Assembly (NCBI GenBank): GCA_964537725.1
Contig: CAZICD010000002.1
Location: 32,356-96,355, forward strand
Direction of reading: 5' to 3'
Source of the DNA: an uncultured Spirochaetaceae bacterium
GTDB lineage: Bacteria > Spirochaetota > Spirochaetia > DSM-27196 > SLST01
DNA length: 64,000 nt
Both the position numbers and the translations under genes were made by a program. Within the stretch, counting starts at the first letter, position 1; each line of letters opens with the position of its first letter. Below the pieces are notes generated by a model. It saw only the letters and a program-made list of their open reading frames with translations. It was not told the origin of the DNA and made no database searches. This document shows positions 52,674 through 61,546 of this stretch, one piece after another.

Positions 52674-53624
52674 ATGAATATGGAGGCTTTCGTCCTCGGG
52701 ACGAGCGGCACGATGCCGTTGCCGTCGAGGCATCTGACGTCGGTGCTGCTGCGTCGCGAGGGCGAGCTCTTCCTCTTCGACTGCGGCGAGGGAACGCAGG
52801 TCAGCATGCGTCGGCTCAACCTGCGGTGGAAGAAGATCAGCGCGATCTTCATCTCGCATACGCACGCCGATCACGTGACCGGGCTGCCGGGCATGCTCAT
52901 GCTCTCCAGTCAGGTCGAGCGCGACGATCCGCTGTACATCATCGGGCCGCCGCGGATCAGGCAGTTCGTCGAGGCGAGCCGCGACGTGCTCGAGATGTAC
53001 ATCAACTACGAGATCGTCGTGAAGGAGATCCCCGACCCGCGCAGCAAGCAGGTCGTCTACCAGGGCGACGGCTTCTCCATCCGCTCGATCCCGCTCTCGC
53101 ACTCGCGGACCTGCGTCGGCTACGTCCTCGAGGAGGACCCGCGGCCGGGCCTCTTCCATCCCGAACGCGCGCAGGAGCTCGAGATCCCGCGCGGCCCGCT
53201 GTGGGGACGGCTTCAGGCGGGCGAGACGGTCGCGCTCGACGACGGGAGGTCGATCGCGCCCGACGACGTCATGGGCGCCCCGCGTCGGGGCCGGAAGTTC
53301 AGCTACGTCACCGACACGCTGCCGCTTCCGGCGATCTCGCGCGAGGTGGCCGACTCCGACCTGTATATCAGCGAGGGCATGTTCGAGCACGAGCTGCGCG
53401 AGACCGCGCACAGCAAGCGTCACATGACCGCCCGCGAGGCGGCGCAGATCGCAGCGGAGGCGGGCGGGATCAAGCGGATGGGCCTGATCCACTACAGCCC
53501 CCGTTACACCGAACGCGACCTCAAGCGGCTGCTCGCCGAGGCGCGCGAGATCTTTCCGGAGACCTTTCTCAGCCGCGACCGGCAGACGATTCCCATCCCC
53601 TACGAGGACGAGGAAGCCGAGTGA
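52674..53624 (+). CDS. rnz: Ribonuclease Z (metallo-beta-lactamase tRNA 3' endonuclease)
   Basis: FLFDCGEGTQ, SHTHADHVTGLPGML (HxHxDH) and a C-terminal HYSPRY are present. Confidence 0.85.
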   Translation: MNMEAFVLGTSGTMPLPSRHLTSVLLRREGELFLFDCGEGTQVSMRRLNLRWKKISAIFISHTHADHVTGLPGMLMLSSQVERDDPLYIIGPPRIRQFVEASRDVLEMYINYEIVVKEIPDPRSKQVVYQGDGFSIRSIPLSHSRTCVGYVLEEDPRPGLFHPERAQELEIPRGPLWGRLQAGETVALDDGRSIAPDDVMGAPRRGRKFSYVTDTLPLPAISREVADSDLYISEGMFEHELRETAHSKRHMTAREAAQIAAEAGGIKRMGLIHYSPRYTERDLKRLLAEAREIFPETFLSRDRQTIPIPYEDEEAE

Positions 53625-54568
53625 TCGAGGTGAACGAGCTGTCGCGGAGCTACGGGCCGCTCGTCGCAGTCGACCGCGTGAGCTTCGCCGTGCGCCCCGG
53701 CGAGGCGGTCGGATTGCTCGGGCCCAACGGCGCCGGAAAGTCGACGATCATGAGGGTCCTCACCGGCTACCACTATCCCCACGGCGGGAACGCCCGCGTC
53801 TGCGGAATCGACGTGGAGGATGACCCGGTCGGCGCGAGGCGCCGCACCGGCTACCTTCCCGAGGATGCGCCGGCGTTCGCCGACCTCACCGTCGGCGAGT
53901 ACCTGGAGTTCGCCTGCGGCGTGCACGGCATCGTCGGGCTGCGCGCGCGAGCCGCTCGAGACCGCGTCGTGGAACTGGCCTCGATCGGCGACGTGCTCGA
54001 CCGGCCCATCGCCGAGCTTTCCAAGGGGTATCGCCAGCGGGTCGCGCTCGCGCACGCGCTCGTGCACGAGCCGGAGGTCGTCATCCTCGACGAGCCGATG
54101 AGCGGGCTCGACCCGAACCAGATCGTGGAGTTTCGCACGGTTGTACGCGAGCTCGCGAGCGAGCGGGCGGTACTCTTCTCCACGCACGTGTTGCAGGAAG
54201 TCGAGGCGGTCTGCGACCGCGTGCTCATCCTCGACCACGGCCGGATCGTGGCCTCCGGTACCGCCGACGAGCTCGCCCGCGAAGTCGCCGGCCGGACGGT
54301 GGTGACCGTGGGCTTCGACGCGCCGTTGTCGGCGGCCGCGCGCGCCGGGCTCGCAGAGCTCGGCGAGGTGACGAGCGCCGGGCGGGTGCCGTGGAGCGGT
54401 CGGTCGCCGGATGGATCGGTGGTGCGCGTCTCGCTCGCGCCGGGGCTCGGGAGCGAGGCCGTCTTCGACTGGGCGGTTGCGCGGTCGCTTCGCATCCGCG
54501 CGCTCGTACCCGAGCGTCGCTCGCTCGAGGAGCTTTTCGGCCGGCTGACCGTAGGGGGCGAGGCATGA
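53621..54568 (+). CDS. ABC transporter ATP-binding protein (GldA/ABC-2 type)
   Basis: Walker A GPNGAGKST, signature LSKGYRQRV and Walker B VVILDEP are present. GTG 53621 overlaps the rnz stop (GTGA). Confidence 0.85.
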   Translation: MIEVNELSRSYGPLVAVDRVSFAVRPGEAVGLLGPNGAGKSTIMRVLTGYHYPHGGNARVCGIDVEDDPVGARRRTGYLPEDAPAFADLTVGEYLEFACGVHGIVGLRARAARDRVVELASIGDVLDRPIAELSKGYRQRVALAHALVHEPEVVILDEPMSGLDPNQIVEFRTVVRELASERAVLFSTHVLQEVEAVCDRVLILDHGRIVASGTADELAREVAGRTVVTVGFDAPLSAAARAGLAELGEVTSAGRVPWSGRSPDGSVVRVSLAPGLGSEAVFDWAVARSLRIRALVPERRSLEELFGRLTVGGEA

Positions 54569-55287
54569 GCGGTCTCGCCTCGCTGATCCGCCGTGAGCTT
54601 CGCGGGTACTTCAACTCACCGGTCGCGTACGTGGTGATCGTCGGCTTTCTGGTCTTCACCTCCGGCTGGCTCTTCATCGTGAACGACTTCTTCGCGGCGA
54701 ACATCGCGTCGCTGCGCGGCTACTTCGGGGTCATGCCGATCGTGCTCGTCGTCCTGGTTCCCGCGACGACGATGCGCGCGTGGGCGGAGGAACGCAGAAC
54801 CGGCGCCGACGAAATTCTCTTCGCCGAGCCGCTGGGAGAGGGAGCGCTCGTCGTCGGGAAATTCGTCGCGTCGCTCGTCGTTCTGTGGATCGCGGTCGCC
54901 CTCACCGCCTTCGTTCCGCTCACGGTTGCGCCGCTGGGCGACTTCGAGCGGGGCGAGATCGTCGGCCAGTACGCGGGATTGTTCCTGCTCGTCTCGGCTG
55001 CCGCGGCCGTGGGGCAGCTCGGGTCGGCGGTCACGCGCAACCAGGTATCGGCCTTCGTCGTCACCGCGCTCATCCTGCTCGCGCTCGTCCTCGTCGGCCG
55101 CGTCAACGCGGTAGCGCAGCCCCCATCGTGGCTCGCGTCGGTCTTCGCGTACCTGTCGATCGACGAACACGTCCGCAGCCTCAATCGCGGCATCTTCGAC
55201 ACCCGCGACGCCGCGTACTTCGTCGTGCTCACCGGGTTCTCGCTCTTCCTCACCTCGCGCGTGATCGTGCTGAGGAAGCTGCGATGA
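54565..55287 (+). CDS. ABC-2 type permease (GldF-like)
   Basis: The typical N-terminus IRRELRGYFNSPVAYVVIVGFLVF is followed by 6 hydrophobic helices. There are ATGA overlaps at both ends. Confidence 0.75.
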   Translation: MSGLASLIRRELRGYFNSPVAYVVIVGFLVFTSGWLFIVNDFFAANIASLRGYFGVMPIVLVVLVPATTMRAWAEERRTGADEILFAEPLGEGALVVGKFVASLVVLWIAVALTAFVPLTVAPLGDFERGEIVGQYAGLFLLVSAAAAVGQLGSAVTRNQVSAFVVTALILLALVLVGRVNAVAQPPSWLASVFAYLSIDEHVRSLNRGIFDTRDAAYFVVLTGFSLFLTSRVIVLRKLR

Positions 55288-56822
55288 GGCCGATCGTCCG
55301 CCGCTACGCGGTCACGACCACGCTCGGCCTGCTGTCGCTCGTTCTGCTCGTCGCGAACAGTCTGGTGATCCATGCACGGCTGGACCTCACCGAGAGCCGC
55401 GTCCACACGATCTCCGAGGCAACGAGCGATGTCCTCGAAGGGCTCGAGCACCGCCTCACGATCACCTACTACGTTTCCGATCGACTTCGCGAGGGATACC
55501 CGCAACCCCGCGAGATGATCGATCTGCTGCGCGAATACGAGGCGGCCGGTCGCGGTTCGGTCCGGGTGCGCGTGGTCGATCCGCGCGAGCTCGACGATCC
55601 GGCGAGGGTGGAAGCGCTCGGCGTGGTGCCGCAGCAGCTCGAGACGAGCGAGGAGGGCGAGCAGAGCGTCGCGGTGGTCTACAGCGGAATCGTCCTCGAG
55701 TACCTCGGCCGTCGGGAGTCGTTGCCGTTCGTGTTCGGATCGACGACGCTCGAGTACGAGCTCACGAGCGCCGCGGTCGACCTCGTGCGTGACGACCCTC
55801 GCGACGTCGTGTTCGTGCTCGGGAACCGCTCCGAACGGCTGGACGACGCGTACCGGCTCGCGGCGACCGAGCTCGCCCGCAGCTTCGACGTGAGCACCCG
55901 CCTGCCCGGCGAAGCGATCGCGGACGCGACCGAGGTGGTTGTGGTGACCGATGCGCAGCGGCTCTCGTCGCAGGAGGTGGAGGCGCTCGCAGGCTATCTT
56001 TCGCGCGGAGGAGGGCTCCTGCTGACCGTGGACAGCGTCGAGGTCGATGTCGAGGCTGAAACCCCCGACGGGTTCGAGGCGACGCCGAGCGGCGCGGCGC
56101 CTGTGTTCGGCGCGCTGCGAGACTTCGGAATCGTGGTCGGCGGTGAGCTGCTGCTCGACGAGAGTCACAACCGCATCACGGTGTCCGAGGCGTCCGAAGG
56201 GGGATCCTTTCGCGTCACGCGGACGTACGCGTATCCGCACTGGATCTCGGTGCTCGAGCAGTACACGAGCGCCTCCCACCCCGTGACCGGGCGGTTCACC
56301 GGGCTCGACCTCTACTGGCCGGGCTGGCTCGCGGTGGAGCCGGATTCACAGGCGCAGATCATCGCTGCTTCGACGCCCGCCGGCTGGCTCATGCGCGAGC
56401 CCTACGTGCTCGATCCGGGTCGCGAGAACGATCTGCGCGGCGGCGCCGAGGCGACGAGGGGTCAGTACGGCGTGGTGGCCGTACTCACCGGCGCGGCAGA
56501 TGGCCGCGGGCGGCTCGCGGTGGTATCGGACAGCGACTTCCTCCGCGACGCTCTCATCGGAGCCACCGGGACCGCGCAGAACATCGAGTTCGTCCGGAAC
56601 CTCGTCGAGTGGCTCGGGAACGACGAGGCGCTGCTGGGCATCCGCTCACGGGGCCAGCGCGACCTCGCCCTCGATGCGATCTCCGAGCCGGCGCGGGAGC
56701 GTACCGTCCGGTTCATGGCGCGCGCGGTGAACCTGGTGATCGTTCCGGGTGCGGTCGCGCTCTTCGGGGTCGTCCGGCTCCTGCGACGCAGAAGGCGCTC
56801 GCGCCGGGGAGGTGCCCGGTGA
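55284..56822 (+). CDS. GldG-like ABC-transporter auxiliary protein
   Basis: An N-terminal TM segment is followed by RLDLTESRVHTISEATSDVLEGLEHRLTITYY... (GldG family opening). There is a C-terminal TM segment and an Arg-rich tail. Confidence 0.7.
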   Translation: MRPIVRRYAVTTTLGLLSLVLLVANSLVIHARLDLTESRVHTISEATSDVLEGLEHRLTITYYVSDRLREGYPQPREMIDLLREYEAAGRGSVRVRVVDPRELDDPARVEALGVVPQQLETSEEGEQSVAVVYSGIVLEYLGRRESLPFVFGSTTLEYELTSAAVDLVRDDPRDVVFVLGNRSERLDDAYRLAATELARSFDVSTRLPGEAIADATEVVVVTDAQRLSSQEVEALAGYLSRGGGLLLTVDSVEVDVEAETPDGFEATPSGAAPVFGALRDFGIVVGGELLLDESHNRITVSEASEGGSFRVTRTYAYPHWISVLEQYTSASHPVTGRFTGLDLYWPGWLAVEPDSQAQIIAASTPAGWLMREPYVLDPGRENDLRGGAEATRGQYGVVAVLTGAADGRGRLAVVSDSDFLRDALIGATGTAQNIEFVRNLVEWLGNDEALLGIRSRGQRDLALDAISEPARERTVRFMARAVNLVIVPGAVALFGVVRLLRRRRRSRRGGAR

Positions 56823-57754
56823 GCTACCGCGGTCGCGTCGTGCTCCTCGGGGTCGTGAACGTGGTGCTGCTGGTGACGCTCGTCGTCGGTGCGGTCGTCA
56901 CGCGCAGGCCGCGGCCGCTCGACGAACCGTTGCTCGCGGTCGAGCCGGCCGACGTCGGCCGGGTCTCCTTCGTTTCGCGCGGCTTCTCCATGGAGCGTGG
57001 AGCGAGCGGATGGGCGCTCTCGCTCGACGGCGGCGTGTACCCGGCGCGCGACGACCGCGTCGGTGAGCTGCTCGACGAGCTCGCCGGGGCGAGGATCGTG
57101 CGGCGTGTTGCCGACGATCCAGCGGTGTTCGAAGAGCTCGGGGTCGCAGACGATCAGGGCACGCTCGTCACGGTGGAGGCGGGCGGCGCCGAGTCGCGCT
57201 TCGTCTTCGGCGACGAGGAGCCGGACGGCGTCTACGTGCGGCGCGGCTCGAGCCAGTCGGTCTGGCTCGCGCGGGGAGCGCTCGGCTTCTACCTCGAGCA
57301 GGGCGCGGTCTACTGGGCGCTCCTTCGGCTGTTTCCCGAGAGCGCGCGCCCGGCGGACGCGGTTCGGGTTTCGGTGGAGAGTCCGGCGGAGGACTACGAC
57401 ATCACGCTTCAGCCCGGCGCCGCCGGCGAACGATGGGTCGTCGCCGCGGAGGGATCCCGGGTCCAAAGCGATCGCGCGGCGTCGCTGGTACGGACGGCGG
57501 TGGACCTGGTGGGCTCGGGCTTCTACGGCGGCGGTGCGTGGGACGAGCTCCCGCAAGTCGCACGGGTATCGTTCGTGCTCGCCGACGGGCGCTCGTTCGT
57601 CGTCGAGGTTCGCGACGAAGGTGATCTCCTGGTCGCGAGGCCGCGGGGGCCGTCGCTCCCCGGTGCACCCTACGATTCGCTGACCTACACGATCGAGCCG
57701 CAGGTCGTGAGGCGGCTCACCCCGGATCTTCGAACGCTGGTCGACGAGGAATGA
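56819..57754 (+). CDS. DUF4340-like protein, the usual partner downstream of GldG
   Basis: The N-terminal TM segment VVLLGVVNVVLLVTLVVGAVV is followed by a soluble domain. The position and GTGA coupling match the GldG-associated DUF4340 arrangement. This call rests on context more than on motifs. Confidence 0.5.
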   Translation: MSYRGRVVLLGVVNVVLLVTLVVGAVVTRRPRPLDEPLLAVEPADVGRVSFVSRGFSMERGASGWALSLDGGVYPARDDRVGELLDELAGARIVRRVADDPAVFEELGVADDQGTLVTVEAGGAESRFVFGDEEPDGVYVRRGSSQSVWLARGALGFYLEQGAVYWALLRLFPESARPADAVRVSVESPAEDYDITLQPGAAGERWVVAAEGSRVQSDRAASLVRTAVDLVGSGFYGGGAWDELPQVARVSFVLADGRSFVVEVRDEGDLLVARPRGPSLPGAPYDSLTYTIEPQVVRRLTPDLRTLVDEE

Positions 57755-59020
57755 TCACTCCTCGCTCGCGAGGTGCTGCGTGACGAACTGGCGGTACTTG
57801 CGCGGGTCGGGGCGGAAGCCGACGATGCCACCGCGCTCGTTCGCGGCGTGGCTCAGGCTGCGCTCCGACTCGGTGAGAACCCGGTGCGCCTCCACGAGCC
57901 TGCCGTTGCGCGCGCTGAGACCGATGATCGAGTCGGGGTGACGCTTTCGAAACGACTCGGCCTGCCGCAGGCCCTGAGGAAGCTCGGTGTTGGGGAGCAC
58001 GACGCAGTAGGAGGTGGGATCGTACTCGAAGCACAGGTCCTCGAACTGGAATGTCGCGAGGATCTGCTTCGCCCGCTCCGCGTAGGCGTCTTCGCCGGAC
58101 ATGGTCGGAAACCGGATGATGAGGCAGGTCAGATCCTGGTCGTTGTAGGCCGATCGTTCGAGCTCGAGTCCGAGACGACGTTCGAGATGGTCGCGGTGTG
58201 AGAGACCGGTGACCGGGTTGAACAGCGTCCCGGGATCGCCCGGTTCGGTGGCGATCTCCTCGATCGGGATCTCCTCGTAGTCGTGGTCCGAATCGGCAGA
58301 CGATGCGGGCTCGTGCGTCTCGGGCGCCGGCTGCGGTATCGACTCCGAAGCTTGTGGCGTCGAGTCGGCGGGCCGGTCTGCGGTCGGAGTCGCAGCGGTC
58401 TGCGTGCGAGCGGGAGCAGCCGGCGGTTGCGACCGACGGCTCGGTTCGCTGCGCGGCCGCTCCGGCGTGCCGTCCGCGCCGGTGGCCTGGGCGCGGCCGA
58501 GAACGAGCGCGACGAGTACGGTGAGGAAGGCGAACACGAGAAGCGATATGAGGCTGTCGCGCAGCGCGGGGTAGGCGTCGCCGAAGCTGAGCACACGGTA
58601 GACCACGTCCATGTAGAAGTCGGACCCGCCCGGAAGCGACACCTCGTCGCGCAGGCGGACCTGGCTCACGTCGTTGAGGTCGTACTCGGGAAACCCGCGG
58701 AACGCCGAGAGATCTCTGTGCGGGACGGCGAGCAGATCGGCGTCGGCGGTCCATACGTAGCGCAGTCCACGCTCGGGATCGAACAGCACGACGGCGCGGG
58801 CCGTCGGGACGATCGACGCGTAGTCCCGGAGAAGCGTCGTGGCCGGGGTGTCGGCGTCGCTCTGTTCGGCGAGTTGCGAACGGAGTCGCTGGAAGCTCGC
58901 TTCCGCCTCGTCCAGGTTCGCGCTTCGCGCGTTGGTGAGCCGCACGAGGACGAGCACGACGAGCAGGATGAGGACGAGGACGCTGAAGAGGGCGTACAGC
59001 AGGCCGAACCGGCGAATCAT
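57755..59020 (-). CDS. Membrane protein with a periplasmic loop, Pro/Thr/Ser-rich linker and a degenerate GGDEF-like C-terminal domain
   Basis: There are two TM segments. The C-terminal region NPVTGLSHRDHLERRLGLELERS...LTCLIIRF...EDLCFEYDPTSYCVVLP follows the GGDEF fold pattern. The GG[DE]EF position reads EYDPTSY. Confidence 0.55.
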   Translation of the reverse strand: MIRRFGLLYALFSVLVLILLVVLVLVRLTNARSANLDEAEASFQRLRSQLAEQSDADTPATTLLRDYASIVPTARAVVLFDPERGLRYVWTADADLLAVPHRDLSAFRGFPEYDLNDVSQVRLRDEVSLPGGSDFYMDVVYRVLSFGDAYPALRDSLISLLVFAFLTVLVALVLGRAQATGADGTPERPRSEPSRRSQPPAAPARTQTAATPTADRPADSTPQASESIPQPAPETHEPASSADSDHDYEEIPIEEIATEPGDPGTLFNPVTGLSHRDHLERRLGLELERSAYNDQDLTCLIIRFPTMSGEDAYAERAKQILATFQFEDLCFEYDPTSYCVVLPNTELPQGLRQAESFRKRHPDSIIGLSARNGRLVEAHRVLTESERSLSHAANERGGIVGFRPDPRKYRQFVTQHLASEE

Positions 59021-59102
59021 GCGTGAATTATAGGCGAATTCGAATCACCTGTGGAGCGCTTTTCGGTTGTCGTCGTGCCGGAGCCGGTAGTAAGGTGAAT
59101 TC

Positions 59103-59957
59103 ATGGTACGTCATCGGTCCCTTCCACCGGGGTGGTATCCGGCGAGCGAGGGTGGTGTTCGCAAGCAATGCGAGACGTGGGAGCGGGACGCGCCTGCGGT
59201 TCCGATCGATTGCGTCGCCGCGGTCGTCCCGCACGCCGGTTGGGCGTTCTCGGGTCGCATCGCGTACCTCGCGCTGCGGGGGCTTCGCGCGGAGGCGCAG
59301 ACGATCGTCGTGGCCGGAGGCCACCTCCGTCCCGGGGACAGCGTGAGGATTGCCCCCGAGGACGCGTACGAGACGCCGGTTGGAACCGTCCAGGCCGACG
59401 CCGACCTCGCGCGTGAGCTGCGCGGTCGCGTGGCCGCCGACGACGACACGGTCCCCGACAATACCGTCGAGGTGCAACTCCCGCTCGTGGCGGCGCTCTT
59501 CCCGCGGGCGCGGGCGCTCTACGTGCGATGCCCGCCGAGTGAGCTCGCGGAGAGCGCGGGGACGGCGATCGCAGACTACGCCGAGCGCACCGGACGCGTG
59601 ATCTGCGTCGTGGGGTCGACCGACCTCACGCACTACGGGCCCGCCTACGGGTTCACCCCGGTCGGCATTGGAACGGATGCGGTCGAATGGGCCCGAACGG
59701 TCAACGATCACGCCATCGTCACGGCGATGGCCTCACTCGACGCCGGCCGAACGGTGGAGTTGGGCAGAGAGGAGTCTGCTGCGTGCAGCTCCGGTGCCGC
59801 GGCGACCGCCATTGCCTTCGCGCGGACGCAGGGCGTCAGACACGGAACCGTCGTCGAGTACGGTCAGAGCTACGACGTCCGCCCCGACTCGTCCTTCGTC
59901 GGCTACGTCGGCATCTGCTACTCGCCGTCGCAGCGATCGAGCGCGGCGTCCACGTAG
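59103..59957 (+). CDS. MEMO1-family protein (AmmeMemoRadiSam system protein B-like)
   Basis: PPGWYPAS...AAVVPHAGWAFSG...HYGP...CSSGAAATA are the Memo/extradiol-dioxygenase-B-like motifs. Confidence 0.8.
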   Translation: MVRHRSLPPGWYPASEGGVRKQCETWERDAPAVPIDCVAAVVPHAGWAFSGRIAYLALRGLRAEAQTIVVAGGHLRPGDSVRIAPEDAYETPVGTVQADADLARELRGRVAADDDTVPDNTVEVQLPLVAALFPRARALYVRCPPSELAESAGTAIADYAERTGRVICVVGSTDLTHYGPAYGFTPVGIGTDAVEWARTVNDHAIVTAMASLDAGRTVELGREESAACSSGAAATAIAFARTQGVRHGTVVEYGQSYDVRPDSSFVGYVGICYSPSQRSSAAST

Positions 59958-61546
59958 CGGTCGACGAACCCCCTCACGCGGCTCAACAGCGCGTCGAACG
60001 GTAGCGTCTCGTCGGTTGCGCGCAGGTGCGTGAGCGCCGGGAGAAGCGCGCGGGCGGCGGCTGCCGGCGCTTCCTCGCTCGGGTGCTCGAGCGTTCGGAC
60101 AAAGACCGACGGTTGCGAGACCTCGTGTATCGCGGCGCGAAGACTCCGCAGGAGATCGCGCGCTTCCGGGGATCGCGCGTTCGGGCCGTGCGGTTCGCCG
60201 CGTGCGATCGCCGATCGCGAGGCTTCGTGCGAGGCGACCGGGATGCCGCGGCCGGCGACGCGCGTGACGCGCGTCGGAAGGCTTGCCGTGAACGCGCTGA
60301 ACGCTTCCGCGTACCCCGAGAGCAGCGGCTGTACCCAGCGCGTGGGCTCGTCCTCGTCGCGACGAACACCCGGGCGGTCGAGCAGGAAGCCGTAGTGCCG
60401 GGTCGACGCGGGGAGAAGGCGCGAGGCGTCCGCGTCGAAGAGCCGATGGACGTAGCTCGCTCGCGGGTAGGTTTCGCCGTCCGGGTAGGAGAAGTCGGCG
60501 CCGTAGACCCCGATCGCGGCCGCGCCGAGGCGAGCCGCGAGGTCGACGGCCGCCTGGGTCACGTTGCCGCCGCGCGCATCGAGGTAGGGCAGGTCGAGCC
60601 CGAGCAGGCGAAGGAGCGTGTGCAGCGGATGATCGCTGCGCAGCGGATGCCTCACCTCGATGCGGGCGAAGAGCGAGGGGGGAAGCGAGAGCTCGGCGGC
60701 GACCGGTATTCGGGGAAACCCGGCTGCGAGGTAGTGGTGGTAGGTCGGCAGCTGGCAGTCGATCGACACGACGAGATCCGGACGTACGCCGTGGGCGAGC
60801 AGCACGGGAAGCGCGGTGTCGACCGCGACGAGCGCGGCGGAGGACGCCGCGGCGAGCTCGGGGATCGAGTCGGCGAGCGACGGTCCGGCGGCGGCGACGC
60901 GGACCCGTCGACCCTCCCACTCGGGCAGCGGCAGAGCGTGTGCGTCCGGGACGTTGAGGATCGTATTGCGCATCCAGCGAAGCCCGAACTTCGCCTGAAC
61001 CGCGAGGTCGGATCGCAGCCGCTCGACGACTCGGCCGATCGTGTCCCGGAGAGGAACGAAGGCGTCCGGCTCCGCCGAAACACGCCCCGGGAGCTCCACT
61101 ACCGCCAGGTCGCCGTGCACCGCCGGCACGTACCGCGCCGGGATCGCCCGGTCGAGGTCGTCGGGGGCGGCGATTGCGAGCCAGTTCGACCGCAGCAGGT
61201 CGGTGAGGTCTACGCGTTCGAGCGCGGAGCGCAGCAGACGCAGGTCGGGTTCGACGAGAAGAACACGGCGCCCGCGCCGGAGGATCGCGCGGACGTGATA
61301 GGCCAGGCCCATTCCCAGGACGACCACGAAGCCGGCGCCCTCCGCGGTGTCGGCGAGGCGCCCGGCCTCGCGCAGCGGCGCGTAGCCGGAGTGAAAGAGC
61401 GCCGGTCGGCGAGGGCGGGCGAGACCGTTCACCGGAGAGCCGTCGCGAGCGTCTACGACGACCTCGTCGTGGCGGTTGTCAGCGCGTTCGATCGCGCGGG
61501 CAAGCGCGGCGGGAAGCTCGGCGAGGTTCGCCTGCAGCAGCCTCAT
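59918..61546 (-). CDS. Motility-accessory-factor (Maf) / DUF115 family protein
   Basis: Central DUF115-like core: VRVAAAGPSLADSI...LVAVDTALPVLLAHGVRPDLVVSIDCQ. ATG 61546 overlaps the upstream paralogue's stop (ATGA). The 682-aa track ORF extension was rejected. Confidence 0.7.
   Translation of the reverse strand: MRLLQANLAELPAALARAIERADNRHDEVVVDARDGSPVNGLARPRRPALFHSGYAPLREAGRLADTAEGAGFVVVLGMGLAYHVRAILRRGRRVLLVEPDLRLLRSALERVDLTDLLRSNWLAIAAPDDLDRAIPARYVPAVHGDLAVVELPGRVSAEPDAFVPLRDTIGRVVERLRSDLAVQAKFGLRWMRNTILNVPDAHALPLPEWEGRRVRVAAAGPSLADSIPELAAASSAALVAVDTALPVLLAHGVRPDLVVSIDCQLPTYHHYLAAGFPRIPVAAELSLPPSLFARIEVRHPLRSDHPLHTLLRLLGLDLPYLDARGGNVTQAAVDLAARLGAAAIGVYGADFSYPDGETYPRASYVHRLFDADASRLLPASTRHYGFLLDRPGVRRDEDEPTRWVQPLLSGYAEAFSAFTASLPTRVTRVAGRGIPVASHEASRSAIARGEPHGPNARSPEARDLLRSLRAAIHEVSQPSVFVRTLEHPSEEAPAAAARALLPALTHLRATDETLPFDALLSRVRGFVDRYVDAALDRCDGE

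Noticed and set aside
50058-52852. 442-aa and 501-aa minus-strand ORFs opposite fabV and xylA
   Set aside because: They are antisense to two of the best-supported genes in the window, and their composition is His/Arg/Asp/Val-rich shadow type.
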